From Verrucomicrobiia bacterium (GTDB lineage Bacteria > Verrucomicrobiota > Verrucomicrobiia > Limisphaerales > UBA1319), in assembly GCA_963664225.1 (NCBI GenBank), contig OY760937.1, positions 2,368,001 through 2,432,000 on the forward strand: 64,000 bases of DNA. The letters run 5' to 3'. The number at the start of each line of letters is the position of its first letter. Position 1 is the first letter of the stretch. Below, piece by piece: positions 8,429 through 17,605 of the stretch. A model generated the notes under the pieces. That model was given only the letters and a program-made list of their open reading frames with translations. It was not told the origin of the DNA and did not search any database. Position numbers and translations under genes: made by a program.

Positions 8429-10669
8429 TCATCCCCAACCCAGTGCGCGGCCTCCATGCCAGATCACGAAGGCGAAGGCCCAGGCCAGAGCTCCCATATA
8501 GAGCCATTGAAAGATCGGCCACTTCCAGGAATTGGTCTCGCGCCGCACCACCGCCACGGTGCTCACGCATTGCAGGGCGAACACGTAGAAAACCATGAGG
8601 GTCACCGCCGTGAGGGCCGAGAACATGGGCGTGCCGTCCGGTCGTTTCTGTTCGCGCATGGTCAACGCCAGACCCTGGGTCGCCTCGTCCGATTTGCCCT
8701 GGGAGCTGACGCTATAAACGGTGGACATGGTGCTGACAAACACCTCCCGCGCGGCGAACGACGCCACGATGCCGATGCCGATTTTCCAGTCGAACCCGAG
8801 CGGGGCAATCGCCGGTTCGATCAAGTGCCCCAGCCGTCCGGCGAAGCTGTGCTGCAGCCGGGCCGAGGATTGTTCCGTGTTGATTCGGTCCAATTGCTCC
8901 TGCACCGCCTGCGGGTTTGCGTTGGGAACCGCAGCCTGGGTTTTGACCACGTCACGCCGGGCCTCGAAGGAGTGTTCCAACTCGGAGTTCCGGGGATAGG
9001 TGGCCAGAAACCAGAGGAGGATGTTGATGCCCAGAATCACCGTGCCGGCTTTTTTGAGAAACAGTTGCGCGCGCTCCCAGACGTGGCGCAGCACCAATTT
9101 AAGGGAAGGTCGCTTGTAGGGCGGCAATTCGAGAATAAGCAGCGGCGGGGCGCTTTTTAAAATCGTTCGCTTGAACAGCCAGGCCATGGCCAGCGCCGTG
9201 ACTGTTCCCAGAAAATACATCGACAGCATCACCAGCCCGGGCAGCTTGAGAAACCCCAGGACTTGGATGTTGGGAATGCTCGTGGCGATCAGGAGCGTGT
9301 AAACGGGCAGGCGCGCCGAGCAACTCATCAGCGGCGAGACCAGAATGGTGACCAGGCGGTCCTTGGGGCTTTCAATCGTGCGCGCGGCCATGATGCCGGG
9401 AATGGCGCAGGCATAGGAGCTGAGCATGGGGATGAAACTTTTCCCGTGCAGCCCCACCTTGCTCATCAGACGGTCCATGATGAACGCCGCGCGCGCCATG
9501 TAACCCGTATCCTCTAAAACACCGATGCACAAAAACAGCAGGCAGATTTGCGGCAGAAACACCACCACGGCGCCCGCGCCTGCGATCGCGCCGTCGATCA
9601 ACAGGCTGTGCAAATCCCCCGGCGGAATCAGCCGCCCAAGCTGGGTGCCAATCCACGAAACGCCGGCATCCAGAAGTTCCATGGGCAGACGGGCCAGGGA
9701 GAAAATGCTCTGAAACATCAGGGCCATCACCAGCGCAAAAATCACCAGACCCCAGACTTTATGGGTCAGCACACGGTCGAGCTTGTCGCTGTAGGTCGGC
9801 TGGTAGTCGATGGTGGAGGTGACATTCTCCGCGTAGATGGCCGAGGCTTGGGCATGACGGCCTTCAATGCCCGCGGTGTTCCAGTTCACACCCTGCTTCT
9901 CCAGCCGCGCGCGCGCCTCTTCCACATCCCGGAGCACCTCCTGAGAATACATGGCTTGAGCGGACTTTTCGGTGGCGGGATTGCCCAGCAGGATCAGCGC
10001 CTCACTGCGCGCCGGAGTCGCGCAGCGTCTTCCCGCCTCCTCCAGCCGCACCGCCAGCCGGTCCACTTCCGAGCGGAATGCCGGGGGCACGTCGCAAAAC
10101 AAATCCGGCCGCGACACGCCGTTGGGGACCTTGACGCAATTCAGGATGGCGTCGCGAAGTTCAGGAATGCCCTTGTCTTTGCTGGCGATCATGGGCACCA
10201 CGGTCGCCTTGAGCCGGAGCGCCAGCCCGTAAAGGTCGATTTTCTGGCCGTTGGTCTCGGCCACATCCATCATGTTCAGGGCCAGAATGGTGGGATAGCC
10301 CAGTTCGATCACCTGGGTGACAAAGTAAAGATTGCGCTCGAGATTCGAGGCGTCGGCCACCACCACGACGGCCTGGGGCGGGGGCACCTCGTCCAGTCGA
10401 TTGAACAGCACGTCCCGGGCAATCTGCTCATCCAGGGATTGCGGACTGAGGCTGTAGGCCCCCGGGAGGTCGAGCACCATCACCGTTTCCCCGGGAGGGG
10501 TGCCCTGCAGCCGGCCTTCCTTGCGTTCGACGGTCACTCCGGCGTAGTTCCCCACCTTAGCGCGCAATCCCGTCAGGGCATTAAAAATCGTGGTTTTTCC
10601 ACAATTTGGATTTCCCGTAAGAATGACCCAGGAGGGTTGCGCTGATTTCGCGGCTTTATCGGCAGTCAT
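8429..10669 (-). CDS. feoB: Ferrous iron transporter FeoB
   Basis: GNPNCGKT, VGNYAGVTVE, DLPGAYSL, NMMD G-motifs; GYMARAAFIMD; SCSARLPVY; SFAAREVFV. Confidence 0.97.
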   Translation of the reverse strand: MTADKAAKSAQPSWVILTGNPNCGKTTIFNALTGLRAKVGNYAGVTVERKEGRLQGTPPGETVMVLDLPGAYSLSPQSLDEQIARDVLFNRLDEVPPPQAVVVVADASNLERNLYFVTQVIELGYPTILALNMMDVAETNGQKIDLYGLALRLKATVVPMIASKDKGIPELRDAILNCVKVPNGVSRPDLFCDVPPAFRSEVDRLAVRLEEAGRRCATPARSEALILLGNPATEKSAQAMYSQEVLRDVEEARARLEKQGVNWNTAGIEGRHAQASAIYAENVTSTIDYQPTYSDKLDRVLTHKVWGLVIFALVMALMFQSIFSLARLPMELLDAGVSWIGTQLGRLIPPGDLHSLLIDGAIAGAGAVVVFLPQICLLFLCIGVLEDTGYMARAAFIMDRLMSKVGLHGKSFIPMLSSYACAIPGIMAARTIESPKDRLVTILVSPLMSCSARLPVYTLLIATSIPNIQVLGFLKLPGLVMLSMYFLGTVTALAMAWLFKRTILKSAPPLLILELPPYKRPSLKLVLRHVWERAQLFLKKAGTVILGINILLWFLATYPRNSELEHSFEARRDVVKTQAAVPNANPQAVQEQLDRINTEQSSARLQHSFAGRLGHLIEPAIAPLGFDWKIGIGIVASFAAREVFVSTMSTVYSVSSQGKSDEATQGLALTMREQKRPDGTPMFSALTAVTLMVFYVFALQCVSTVAVVRRETNSWKWPIFQWLYMGALAWAFAFVIWHGGRALGWG

Positions 10670-10687
10670 GAAATTTTCCCAACGCCC

Positions 10688-10927
10688 TTATTTCAAGCCC
10701 ACCCGGATTTGCCCGGCCTCATGCCGCCGCAATGTGAGATGCGAACCCCGAAACTTGATTTCCACCGGATCGCCCAGCGGCGCGAAACGAACGACTTCCA
10801 CCGCTGTCCCCGCCACAAGACCCAGCTCCATGAGCCGCGTGCGGATTTCCGGCGGCAGATTCACCTCTTTAACGATCACTGCGGCGCCGACTGGCACCTC
10901 GCTTAAAAATTGAAATTCGCCCGGCAT
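10688..10927 (-). CDS. feoA: FeoA
   Basis: RLMELGLVAGTAVEVVRFAPLGDPVEI..RGSHLTLRR. Confidence 0.92.
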   Translation of the reverse strand: MPGEFQFLSEVPVGAAVIVKEVNLPPEIRTRLMELGLVAGTAVEVVRFAPLGDPVEIKFRGSHLTLRRHEAGQIRVGLK

Positions 10928-11023
10928 AATCGATGAATATAGTCCCGGAGCGTTCTCCGGCAAAGAAACAAAAACGAACAAGGCCGCCGGAACCTAGAAT
11001 ATCAGGCGGCTTGCAACCCGGCG

Positions 11024-11329
11024 CTATGCGGCCTTCGCAGTGGGTTTGTGAACCGGATCCGGCTCGACCATGATTTTCTCCGCCAGATCCGCGCTGAGTC
11101 CCACGCGCATATTGCACACCTGACAGATGATGCTCGCGCTTTGGGCCAGCAGGCGCACCTGCTTTTCCTCGCCCAACCCCATCTCCCTGAGGCGATGATT
11201 GACCTCGGGCGGGGCCGAAAGTCGTTTGATGCGGACCCGCGCACCCTCTTTGACCTGGCTCAAGGGACAGGCCAGCGGATTGGCGCAATGCAACTCGGTC
11301 GGTCGGCGTGTGAAATTCTTATCGTTCAC
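11024..11329 (-). CDS. feoA: Second FeoA-family protein
   Basis: CPLSQVKEG..RLREMGLGE..RVGLSADLAEKIMV; first gene of the feo cluster. Confidence 0.8.
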   Translation of the reverse strand: MNDKNFTRRPTELHCANPLACPLSQVKEGARVRIKRLSAPPEVNHRLREMGLGEEKQVRLLAQSASIICQVCNMRVGLSADLAEKIMVEPDPVHKPTAKAA

Positions 11330-11343
11330 TGGTGAGTGACATT

Positions 11344-11367
11344 AATGATATTGAGACCTAATTGCAA
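11344..11367. promoter_or_regulatory. Possible Fur-type operator upstream of feoA
   Basis: AT-rich AATGATATTGAGACCTAATTGCAA, an imperfect palindrome immediately upstream of an iron uptake operon. Confidence 0.4.
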
Positions 11368-11510
11368 GAAGCTTTCGGGCCCGGTCTTGATTTGCGTCAA
11401 TTCCGCAGCCTTTGCAAGTTTCGATTGATTCGCCTCTATTGCCCGAGTGCAGGACAAAATTCTTCGGTGAAAGGGCCAGAACCTAATATTATTGAACCTC
11501 CTCTCCCCAT

Positions 11511-11540
11511 CCCTCTCCTCCATGGGCATGGAGGAGAGGG
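11511..11540. repeat. 30-bp palindromic REP-like hairpin, left copy of target-site duplication
   Basis: CCCTCTCCTCCATG-GG-CATGGAGGAGAGGG, identical to 13279-13308. Confidence 0.92.
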
Positions 11541-11619
11541 CTGGAGTTTGGCCCCGGACTAGACAAACCGCTGGTGGGATTATTATTTTGTTGCGCGTGG
11601 TCTAGTTATGTGACTAGAT

Positions 11620-11853
11620 ATGGCCACTATGGGTTATCCAACTAAAGTCCAGCTCATCCAACGCAAGCAAAGCCAGCAATGGTACATCAACTTCCCCTCC
11701 GCCATCGCCCAGGCCATGGATTTCGACAAGGGAGAGGATGTCCGGTGGACCATTGCCGACAAAGGTCACCTCATTCTCTCGCGCGACCAGGTCCCCCCCA
11801 ACCCGGTCGCTTTAAAAAAAACGCCTCCCTCCTCGACCAAATCGAGGAGCTGA
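11620..11853 (+). CDS. IS orfA, AbrB/MazE/SpoVT-like DNA-binding domain
   Basis: TKVQLIQRKQSQQWYINFPSAIAQAMDFDKGEDVRW matches the swapped-hairpin pattern (beta-hairpin, IP..I...L.I..GD.V). Confidence 0.7.
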   Translation: MATMGYPTKVQLIQRKQSQQWYINFPSAIAQAMDFDKGEDVRWTIADKGHLILSRDQVPPNPVALKKTPPSSTKSRS

Positions 11854-13256
11854 TCGATCTATGTGCTCCCGGCTTCTCTTCCCCGCAGGCCTGGGCTCGG
11901 GGCCGCCGCCATCTGCTTTCCCAGTTGGTGTGCTTCGGCCGCCACACCATTACAGGGCTCTTGCGCAATCAAAACCGCACCCAACAGGATTGGACGGCCG
12001 ATTACCGCTTCTATTCCGAGGATCATTTCGACGAGGACTGGGTTTTCGACCGGATCCGCGCCCAAATCGAGCAGGACTTCCCGTCCAAGGATCCTCTGGT
12101 CGTGGCCATGGACGACTCGCTCTTGCGCAAAACCGGTCCGCGCATCTTTGGCTCCCGTTTTCAGCGTGATCCCTTGAGCCCCCCATTCCAGGTCAACTTT
12201 GTCCGGGGTCTGCGGGTCCTGCAGATTTCTGCGGCCGTGCCGCTGGGCTCACAAGGGGCGGCACGGATGATTCCGGTGGACTTCCAGCATGCGGCCCTGC
12301 CCGCCAAGCCGCGCAAGGATGCCGCGCCAGAGCGCTGGGCCGCCTACCGGGAGCAACGGGCCAAAATGAATATCAATGTGGCGGGCCGCAATCGCCTGAC
12401 CCACATGCGCCGGCAAATGGATCAAAGCGGTTCGAGCCAGCGGCCGCTGATTGCCACCCTCGATGGCCGCTTCACCAATGGCACCGTTCTGGGGCAGATT
12501 CCGGAGCGGACCACCCTCATTGGCCGCGTGCGCAAGGACTCGGCCTTTTACTTTCCCCCGACAGGGCAGGCCGCGCACGGCCGCAAACGCAAGTATGGGG
12601 CCCACTGCCCCACGCCGGAACAACTGCTCAAGGACCCGGCCCAACCCTGGCAAACCGTGGAGGCCTTTGCGGCAGGCAAACGCTACCAGTTCCGGGTCAA
12701 AACCCTGGCGCCCGTCTACTCGCAGATGGACAAGGCCGGCCACTCCCTGCGTCTGGTCGTCATCGAGCCGGTGGCTTACCGCCGTACCAGGTCCAGCAAG
12801 CTGGAACGGCGCGAACCGGCTTTTCTCATCTGCACTGATCTGAATCTGCCCCTGGAAAAGGTGGTGCAGTTTTATCTCTGGCGATGGGATATCGAAGTCA
12901 ACTTCCGGGATGAGAAAACTCTTCTGGGGGTCGGACAGGCCCAGGTTCGGTCCGAGGCTTCCAATCAGAATGCCCCGGCGCTGGCCGTGGCAGCCTACGC
13001 GCTACTGCTCCTGGGCGCCGTCAAAACCTACGGTGCCGACGGCCAGCCGGAGACCTTCAAACGCCCGTGCTGGTACAAACGTAAGCCCGGCCAGAGAGCC
13101 ACAACCAACGAATTAATCACGCAATTGCGTTATGAACTTTGGGCTACAGCCCTAACCACCCATTTTCTGCCGCTCTCATCAAATACCATTCCCACCCAGA
13201 ACGGCAGAAAATGCGATCCACCACTAGAAGCCGCCATCTTTCTAAGTCTTAACTGA
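11811..13256 (+). CDS. DDE transposase orfB (probably reached by -1 frameshift from orfA)
   Basis: AMDDSLLRKTG, TLDGRF and YLWRWDIEVNFRDEK (Y-R-E-K signature). The frame is -1 relative to orfA, with a slippery TTTAAAAAAAAC at 11811-11822. Confidence 0.88.
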   Translation, partial: FKKNASLLDQIEELIDLCAPGFSSPQAWARGRRHLLSQLVCFGRHTITGLLRNQNRTQQDWTADYRFYSEDHFDEDWVFDRIRAQIEQDFPSKDPLVVAMDDSLLRKTGPRIFGSRFQRDPLSPPFQVNFVRGLRVLQISAAVPLGSQGAARMIPVDFQHAALPAKPRKDAAPERWAAYREQRAKMNINVAGRNRLTHMRRQMDQSGSSQRPLIATLDGRFTNGTVLGQIPERTTLIGRVRKDSAFYFPPTGQAAHGRKRKYGAHCPTPEQLLKDPAQPWQTVEAFAAGKRYQFRVKTLAPVYSQMDKAGHSLRLVVIEPVAYRRTRSSKLERREPAFLICTDLNLPLEKVVQFYLWRWDIEVNFRDEKTLLGVGQAQVRSEASNQNAPALAVAAYALLLLGAVKTYGADGQPETFKRPCWYKRKPGQRATTNELITQLRYELWATALTTHFLPLSSNTIPTQNGRKCDPPLEAAIFLSLN

Positions 13257-13278
13257 TCGTAAGGGGGCCAAACTCCAG

Positions 13279-13308
13279 CCCTCTCCTCCATGGGCATGGA
13301 GGAGAGGG
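13279..13308. repeat. 30-bp palindromic REP-like hairpin, right copy of target-site duplication
   Basis: Identical to 11511-11540 in direct orientation (loop GG in both copies). Confidence 0.92.
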
Positions 13309-13449
13309 GGACGACCGGACCCTCAATTCCATGGCCTGACTGTGTTCAGTCGGCCTATATACTTCCATGTTGGTTAAAAGCCTTTTTCGGCATGCTGAAG
13401 AATTTTGTCCTGCACCTCTATCATCCCATCTCCCCTTTGCCTGCGCGGA

Positions 13450-15672
13450 TTATTGCTGCGGGACCAGCATGCCGCGCACGGTTTCGATCAATTTGGCGGG
13501 CGCGTAGGGTTTGGGCAGGAGGATCGAATGCGCGTCGTTCAAAGAGTCCAAGTTTACGGAATCCGGACTGAAGCCGCTGGTGTAGAGCACTTTAAGATCT
13601 GGTTTCAAGGCGCGCAGGTTGCTGGCGAGTTCCGCCCCGGACATTCCATGCTGCATCTTTAAGTCCGTCAGCAGCAAGTCGATATGCCCATGATGATCGT
13701 TCCACACCTGTTGGGCGACCAATCCGTTGTCCGCCTCGAGTATCCGATATCCCTGTCCCTCAAGGATATTGCGAACGAGTTCCGCCACAAAAGCCTCGTC
13801 TTCAACCACTAGAATCGTGGTTCGATCCTCCTCGGTTGGTTGGTTGGGAGCGGATTCTGGCGCGGAAACCGTTTTCTCGGAGGGGAAGAACAATTTAAAA
13901 GTCGTTCCCTGGCCCACTTCGCTCTCCACCTCGATCCATCCCTCGTGCTGTTTGACAATGCCATAGACCGTCGCCAGGCCCAGACCTGTCCCCTTACCGG
14001 AGACCTTGGTGGTGAAAAACGGCTCGAATATTCGCGACTTGGTCGCCTCGTCCATCCCGCAGCCTGTATCTTTAACACTCAGACAAACGAATGGACCTGC
14101 AATCGCGTCCGGATGCGTCTTTAGGTAGCTGGGCTCAATGGTCACTGGCAACGTCACTACGATCAGGTCTCCGCCGGTATTCATGGCGTCCCGCGCGTTG
14201 ACCACTAAATTCATGATCACCTGGTCCACCATGGTCGGGTCGGCGCTGACCAAGGGCAGGTGCGGGGCAAATCTCAGGCGCAAATTGATATCCTCGCGCA
14301 ACAGATGTTTGAACATCTTGAGGCCGTTATTAATGACCTCATTCAGGTCCAGCGGCTTGCGTTGGAGGTTCTGTTTGCGGCTGAACGTCAGTAATTGCTG
14401 GGTCAGACTCGCGGCCCGCTCGCTGGCCTGTTCGATCCGGTCCAATGGCTGATGCAATTCGCCATTGCTGTTGTTTTTCGCCCGGATCAGATGGAGATTC
14501 CCCTGTATGACGGTGAGCAGGTTATTGAAATCATGAGCGACACCCGCCGCCAGTCGGCCAATGGCCTCCATTTTCAAGGCCTTGCGCAGTTCGGCTTCCA
14601 GATGCAGGCGCTCCGTGACGTCATACATGATGATCAAGGCGCAGGGGGTGGTTCCCAATGCGATGGCTTCCGCAAACAAGAGGGCCGTGCGGGCGACTCC
14701 CGATTTCATCCGGAATTTGCATTCCGCCCCGCATATCGAATGCTCATTAAAAAATATTTTTTCAACCTGAGTCCGTGACTCGGCGCTCTCCCAGATGGCC
14801 AGGTCAGTGACCGTGTGGCCGACCACTTCGTCGCGAGCGAATCCGAAGAGCTTCAAAAAACTTTCGTTAATGTCGATAAACCGCCATTCCGTTAGATTGC
14901 ATATACCTATGGCCACAGGACTTACGCGAAACGCGCTGGAAAACCGCTCTTCCGACTGCCGCAACGCCTCCTCCGCCTTCCTTTTATCCGTCACGTCCCG
15001 CGCTATCCCCTCCACGCTCACTGTTTTTCCATCCGCGCGCACCAGCCGGGCGCTGATTTCCAGAATGGAACGGTTCTGTCGGCGGCCCAAAATGGCCAGT
15101 TCCAAAGGCGCGGCCACGCCTCGCGAGCAATCGTCCAGCCACGCCTCAACCGATTTGATTTGAGTGGGATCCACAAATTCACTGAACCTTGTCCCCAGCA
15201 CTCGTTCGCGGGCGCATCCCAATATCCGCTCGCCCGCCTTGTTGACCGATGTGAATTTCCCGCTCAAATCATGGCTATAGACCATGTCGTTGGCCTGCTC
15301 GAATAATTCCCGGTATTTCTCATTCAACGCCGCCTCCCGCTCGGCCTGCTGGCGAATCATCTCGGTCTGTTCCCTCACGCGCCGCCGCAGGGATATCGAC
15401 CATCCCAAGGCGACCAGCAACAAAACCGCAGCCAAGGCGAGGGAAACATCGTAAAAATCGGTCATGAACCCGGTGACGTTCAAGAAGGAAGACTGTTGGG
15501 GATCCCGCTGTGTCAAATTGACACTTCCGGTGGTCGTCTTTTTGCCTGAAGTGTTTTCGGCGAGGGCGATGGGACCTTGTTTCCATTGAATACCGGCCCA
15601 GCCAAGAATCGCAGGCACCGATCCTTTTGCGCACGCGCTCGAAAAACAATGCGTTTCCACTCCATTTTCCAT
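13450..15672 (-). CDS. Hybrid sensor histidine kinase (TM, 2 PAS, HisKA, HATPase, receiver)
   Basis: [45 protein letters not shown], and receiver ILVVEDE..LLTD. Start uncertain. Confidence 0.93.
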   Translation of the reverse strand: MENGVETHCFSSACAKGSVPAILGWAGIQWKQGPIALAENTSGKKTTTGSVNLTQRDPQQSSFLNVTGFMTDFYDVSLALAAVLLLVALGWSISLRRRVREQTEMIRQQAEREAALNEKYRELFEQANDMVYSHDLSGKFTSVNKAGERILGCARERVLGTRFSEFVDPTQIKSVEAWLDDCSRGVAAPLELAILGRRQNRSILEISARLVRADGKTVSVEGIARDVTDKRKAEEALRQSEERFSSAFRVSPVAIGICNLTEWRFIDINESFLKLFGFARDEVVGHTVTDLAIWESAESRTQVEKIFFNEHSICGAECKFRMKSGVARTALLFAEAIALGTTPCALIIMYDVTERLHLEAELRKALKMEAIGRLAAGVAHDFNNLLTVIQGNLHLIRAKNNSNGELHQPLDRIEQASERAASLTQQLLTFSRKQNLQRKPLDLNEVINNGLKMFKHLLREDINLRLRFAPHLPLVSADPTMVDQVIMNLVVNARDAMNTGGDLIVVTLPVTIEPSYLKTHPDAIAGPFVCLSVKDTGCGMDEATKSRIFEPFFTTKVSGKGTGLGLATVYGIVKQHEGWIEVESEVGQGTTFKLFFPSEKTVSAPESAPNQPTEEDRTTILVVEDEAFVAELVRNILEGQGYRILEADNGLVAQQVWNDHHGHIDLLLTDLKMQHGMSGAELASNLRALKPDLKVLYTSGFSPDSVNLDSLNDAHSILLPKPYAPAKLIETVRGMLVPQQ

Positions 15673-15891
15673 AAGAAATGCTCCCTCGTGGCGACCTTTG
15701 TTAAACCAACCTTTAATCTAATTTGGCGTAAAATTGGATTCCCTAAATTAATATTTTTTATTTACCATAATGTCAAGCTTCAAAATTGCTCCATGAAATC
15801 CGGCATTTTCGCCGCTCCAGCCTCATGGATTTGTCGGCCTTCCTTTCTGATCCGTCTTGACCGCCACCCGGGAAACTGCCACCAATGACCC

Positions 15892-17148
15892 ATGATCAAG
15901 CCATGGCCCATTTTCGCCGCCGCCTTGCTGGGGAGCACTCTCCTGGTCTCCGCCAAGGATAACACGTTGCACACCTTCAAAAAGATCCAGCTCACGGATC
16001 AGTTTTATTGCGAAGGCGCTTCTTTCGGGGATTTTAACAAGGACGGCATCATGGATGTCGTGGCCGGCCCTTTCTGGTATGAGGGCCCCACGTTCCAGAA
16101 GTCGCACGAATACCGTCCGGCGCAGAAATACGATCCCAAGAGCTATTCCAACGATTTCATCACCTACGTCTGCGATTTCAACCAGGACGGCTGGCAGGAC
16201 ATCTTCATCATCGGCATGCCCGGCGAGGAGGCCTTCTGGTTTGAGAATCCGCAGGGCAAGGACGGCCCATGGACCCGCCATGTGGCATTTCCGGTGGCGG
16301 ACAACGAATCCCCGAATTTCGGCGACATCAATGGCGATGGCAAACCGGAGCTGATCTGCAACTCAGGCGGCTACTGGGGCTATGCCACGCCGGACTGGAA
16401 AAATCCCAACGAGGTCTGGAAATTCCATCGCATCTCCCCGGCCGGGACCTGGCACCGGTACACCCACGGTCTGGGCATCGGCGACATCAATGGCGATGGC
16501 CGCAAGGATTACGTGGAGATCGGCGGATGGTGGGAACAGCCCGCCTCGCTCGAAGGCGATCCCGTCTGGAAGCTCCATCCCTTTAACTTCGGCGAAGGCG
16601 CCGCGCAGATGCTCGTTTATGATTTCAACGGCGACGGCTTGAACGACATCGTCACCTGCCTGCATCCCCACAAATACGGCATGGCGTGGTTCGAGCAGGT
16701 CAAAAAGGACGGGGAAATCACCTTCATCAAGCACCAGTTCATGGGTGAAAAAGCCGAGGACAACAAATACGGTCTCAAGATCACCCAGCTCCACGCCTTC
16801 GAACTCGTCGATATGGACGGGGACGGCATTATGGACTTCGTCACCGGCAAACGCCATTGGGCGCATCCCCCGAACACGGACCCGGAGTGGGACGCCCCCT
16901 CGGTCCTCTATTGGTTCCAGACCGTGCGTTCGGCGGACGGCAAGAGCGTTGATTTCGTGCCGCACCTCATCGATGACGCCTCGGGCGTCGGCACCCAGTT
17001 CGCCGTGGGCGATCTGAACAAGGACGGCCTGCCGGACGTGGTGATCGGGAACAAAAACGGCAACTTCGTCTTCCTGCACGAGACCAAAAAAGTCTCCAAG
17101 GAAGAATGGGAGAAGGCCCAGCCCAAAGTCCTGTTCCCCGGGAAATAG
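15892..17148 (+). CDS. Secreted FG-GAP/VCBS repeat protein
   Basis: Signal peptide and about 7 GDxNxDGxxD repeats. Confidence 0.88.
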   Translation: MIKPWPIFAAALLGSTLLVSAKDNTLHTFKKIQLTDQFYCEGASFGDFNKDGIMDVVAGPFWYEGPTFQKSHEYRPAQKYDPKSYSNDFITYVCDFNQDGWQDIFIIGMPGEEAFWFENPQGKDGPWTRHVAFPVADNESPNFGDINGDGKPELICNSGGYWGYATPDWKNPNEVWKFHRISPAGTWHRYTHGLGIGDINGDGRKDYVEIGGWWEQPASLEGDPVWKLHPFNFGEGAAQMLVYDFNGDGLNDIVTCLHPHKYGMAWFEQVKKDGEITFIKHQFMGEKAEDNKYGLKITQLHAFELVDMDGDGIMDFVTGKRHWAHPPNTDPEWDAPSVLYWFQTVRSADGKSVDFVPHLIDDASGVGTQFAVGDLNKDGLPDVVIGNKNGNFVFLHETKKVSKEEWEKAQPKVLFPGK

Positions 17149-17282
17149 GCGCTGTTTAAGGGCGCGCAAGTCTCTTGCGCGCGATTTCAACGAACGGAAC
17201 GAATGGCGTGTAATCCCGAACGGGTTGCACGCATCCATCTCACTTCATGGGCTCCGACATGCCGGAGGCGTTCCGTCCGTGC

Positions 17283-17482
17283 AACCCGGAACGGATTGCC
17301 ATCACTCAGCTCCGGGTTGTCCGCCAGGGTCTACCCGGGGGACCGAAATCCCCACAGATTCTCAACGCTGTAAGAGCTGCATCTGATCCAACTCCTACAG
17401 AGTTGGCGTTGCGTTTGGGTGCGCCACCCGGGGTAGCTCGTTCCTCGCAACCCCGGTCTGAATGATTTAATCCCTTCGGGAT
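17283..17482. repeat. Nested inverted-repeat intergenic element (REPIN/MITE-like)
   Basis: Outer arms CCCGGAACGGATTGCCATCACTCAG..GGGTTG..CTACCCGGG and CCCGGGGTAG..CAACCCCGGTCTGAATGATTTAATCCCTTCGGG. Inner arms CAACGCTGTAAGAG and CTCCTACAGAGTTG. Confidence 0.6.
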
Positions 17483-17605
17483 AAAGAGACGCGCGCAGGA
17501 TAACCATGTGCAAGTGCAGCGGCCAATACCAATACCATTCGCAGGCGAATTCCGACCACCCCGGAACGGATTGCAATCGTCGCCAAAGGCGTATTCAATG
17601 GAGCG

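Larger units (their letters stand above)
11541..13278 (+). mobile_element. Insertion sequence (1,738 bp; IS4/IS701-like DDE) with 15-bp TIRs and 30-bp direct repeats
   Basis: CTGGAGTTTGGCCCC (11541-11555) and GGGGCCAAACTCCAG (13264-13278) form a perfect inverted repeat enclosing orfA and the transposase. Confidence 0.93.

Noticed and set aside
11679..11810. ORF-track start of the transposase at 11679 (MVHQLPLRH...)
   Set aside because: It overlaps orfA out of frame and encodes a low-quality sequence. The slippery run and stem-loop explain orfB expression better.
11511..13308. Reading the IS ends as 45-bp terminal inverted repeats
   Set aside because: The 30-mer is self-palindromic and so mimics a longer TIR. 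Its GG loop has the same orientation at both ends, which indicates a direct duplication.
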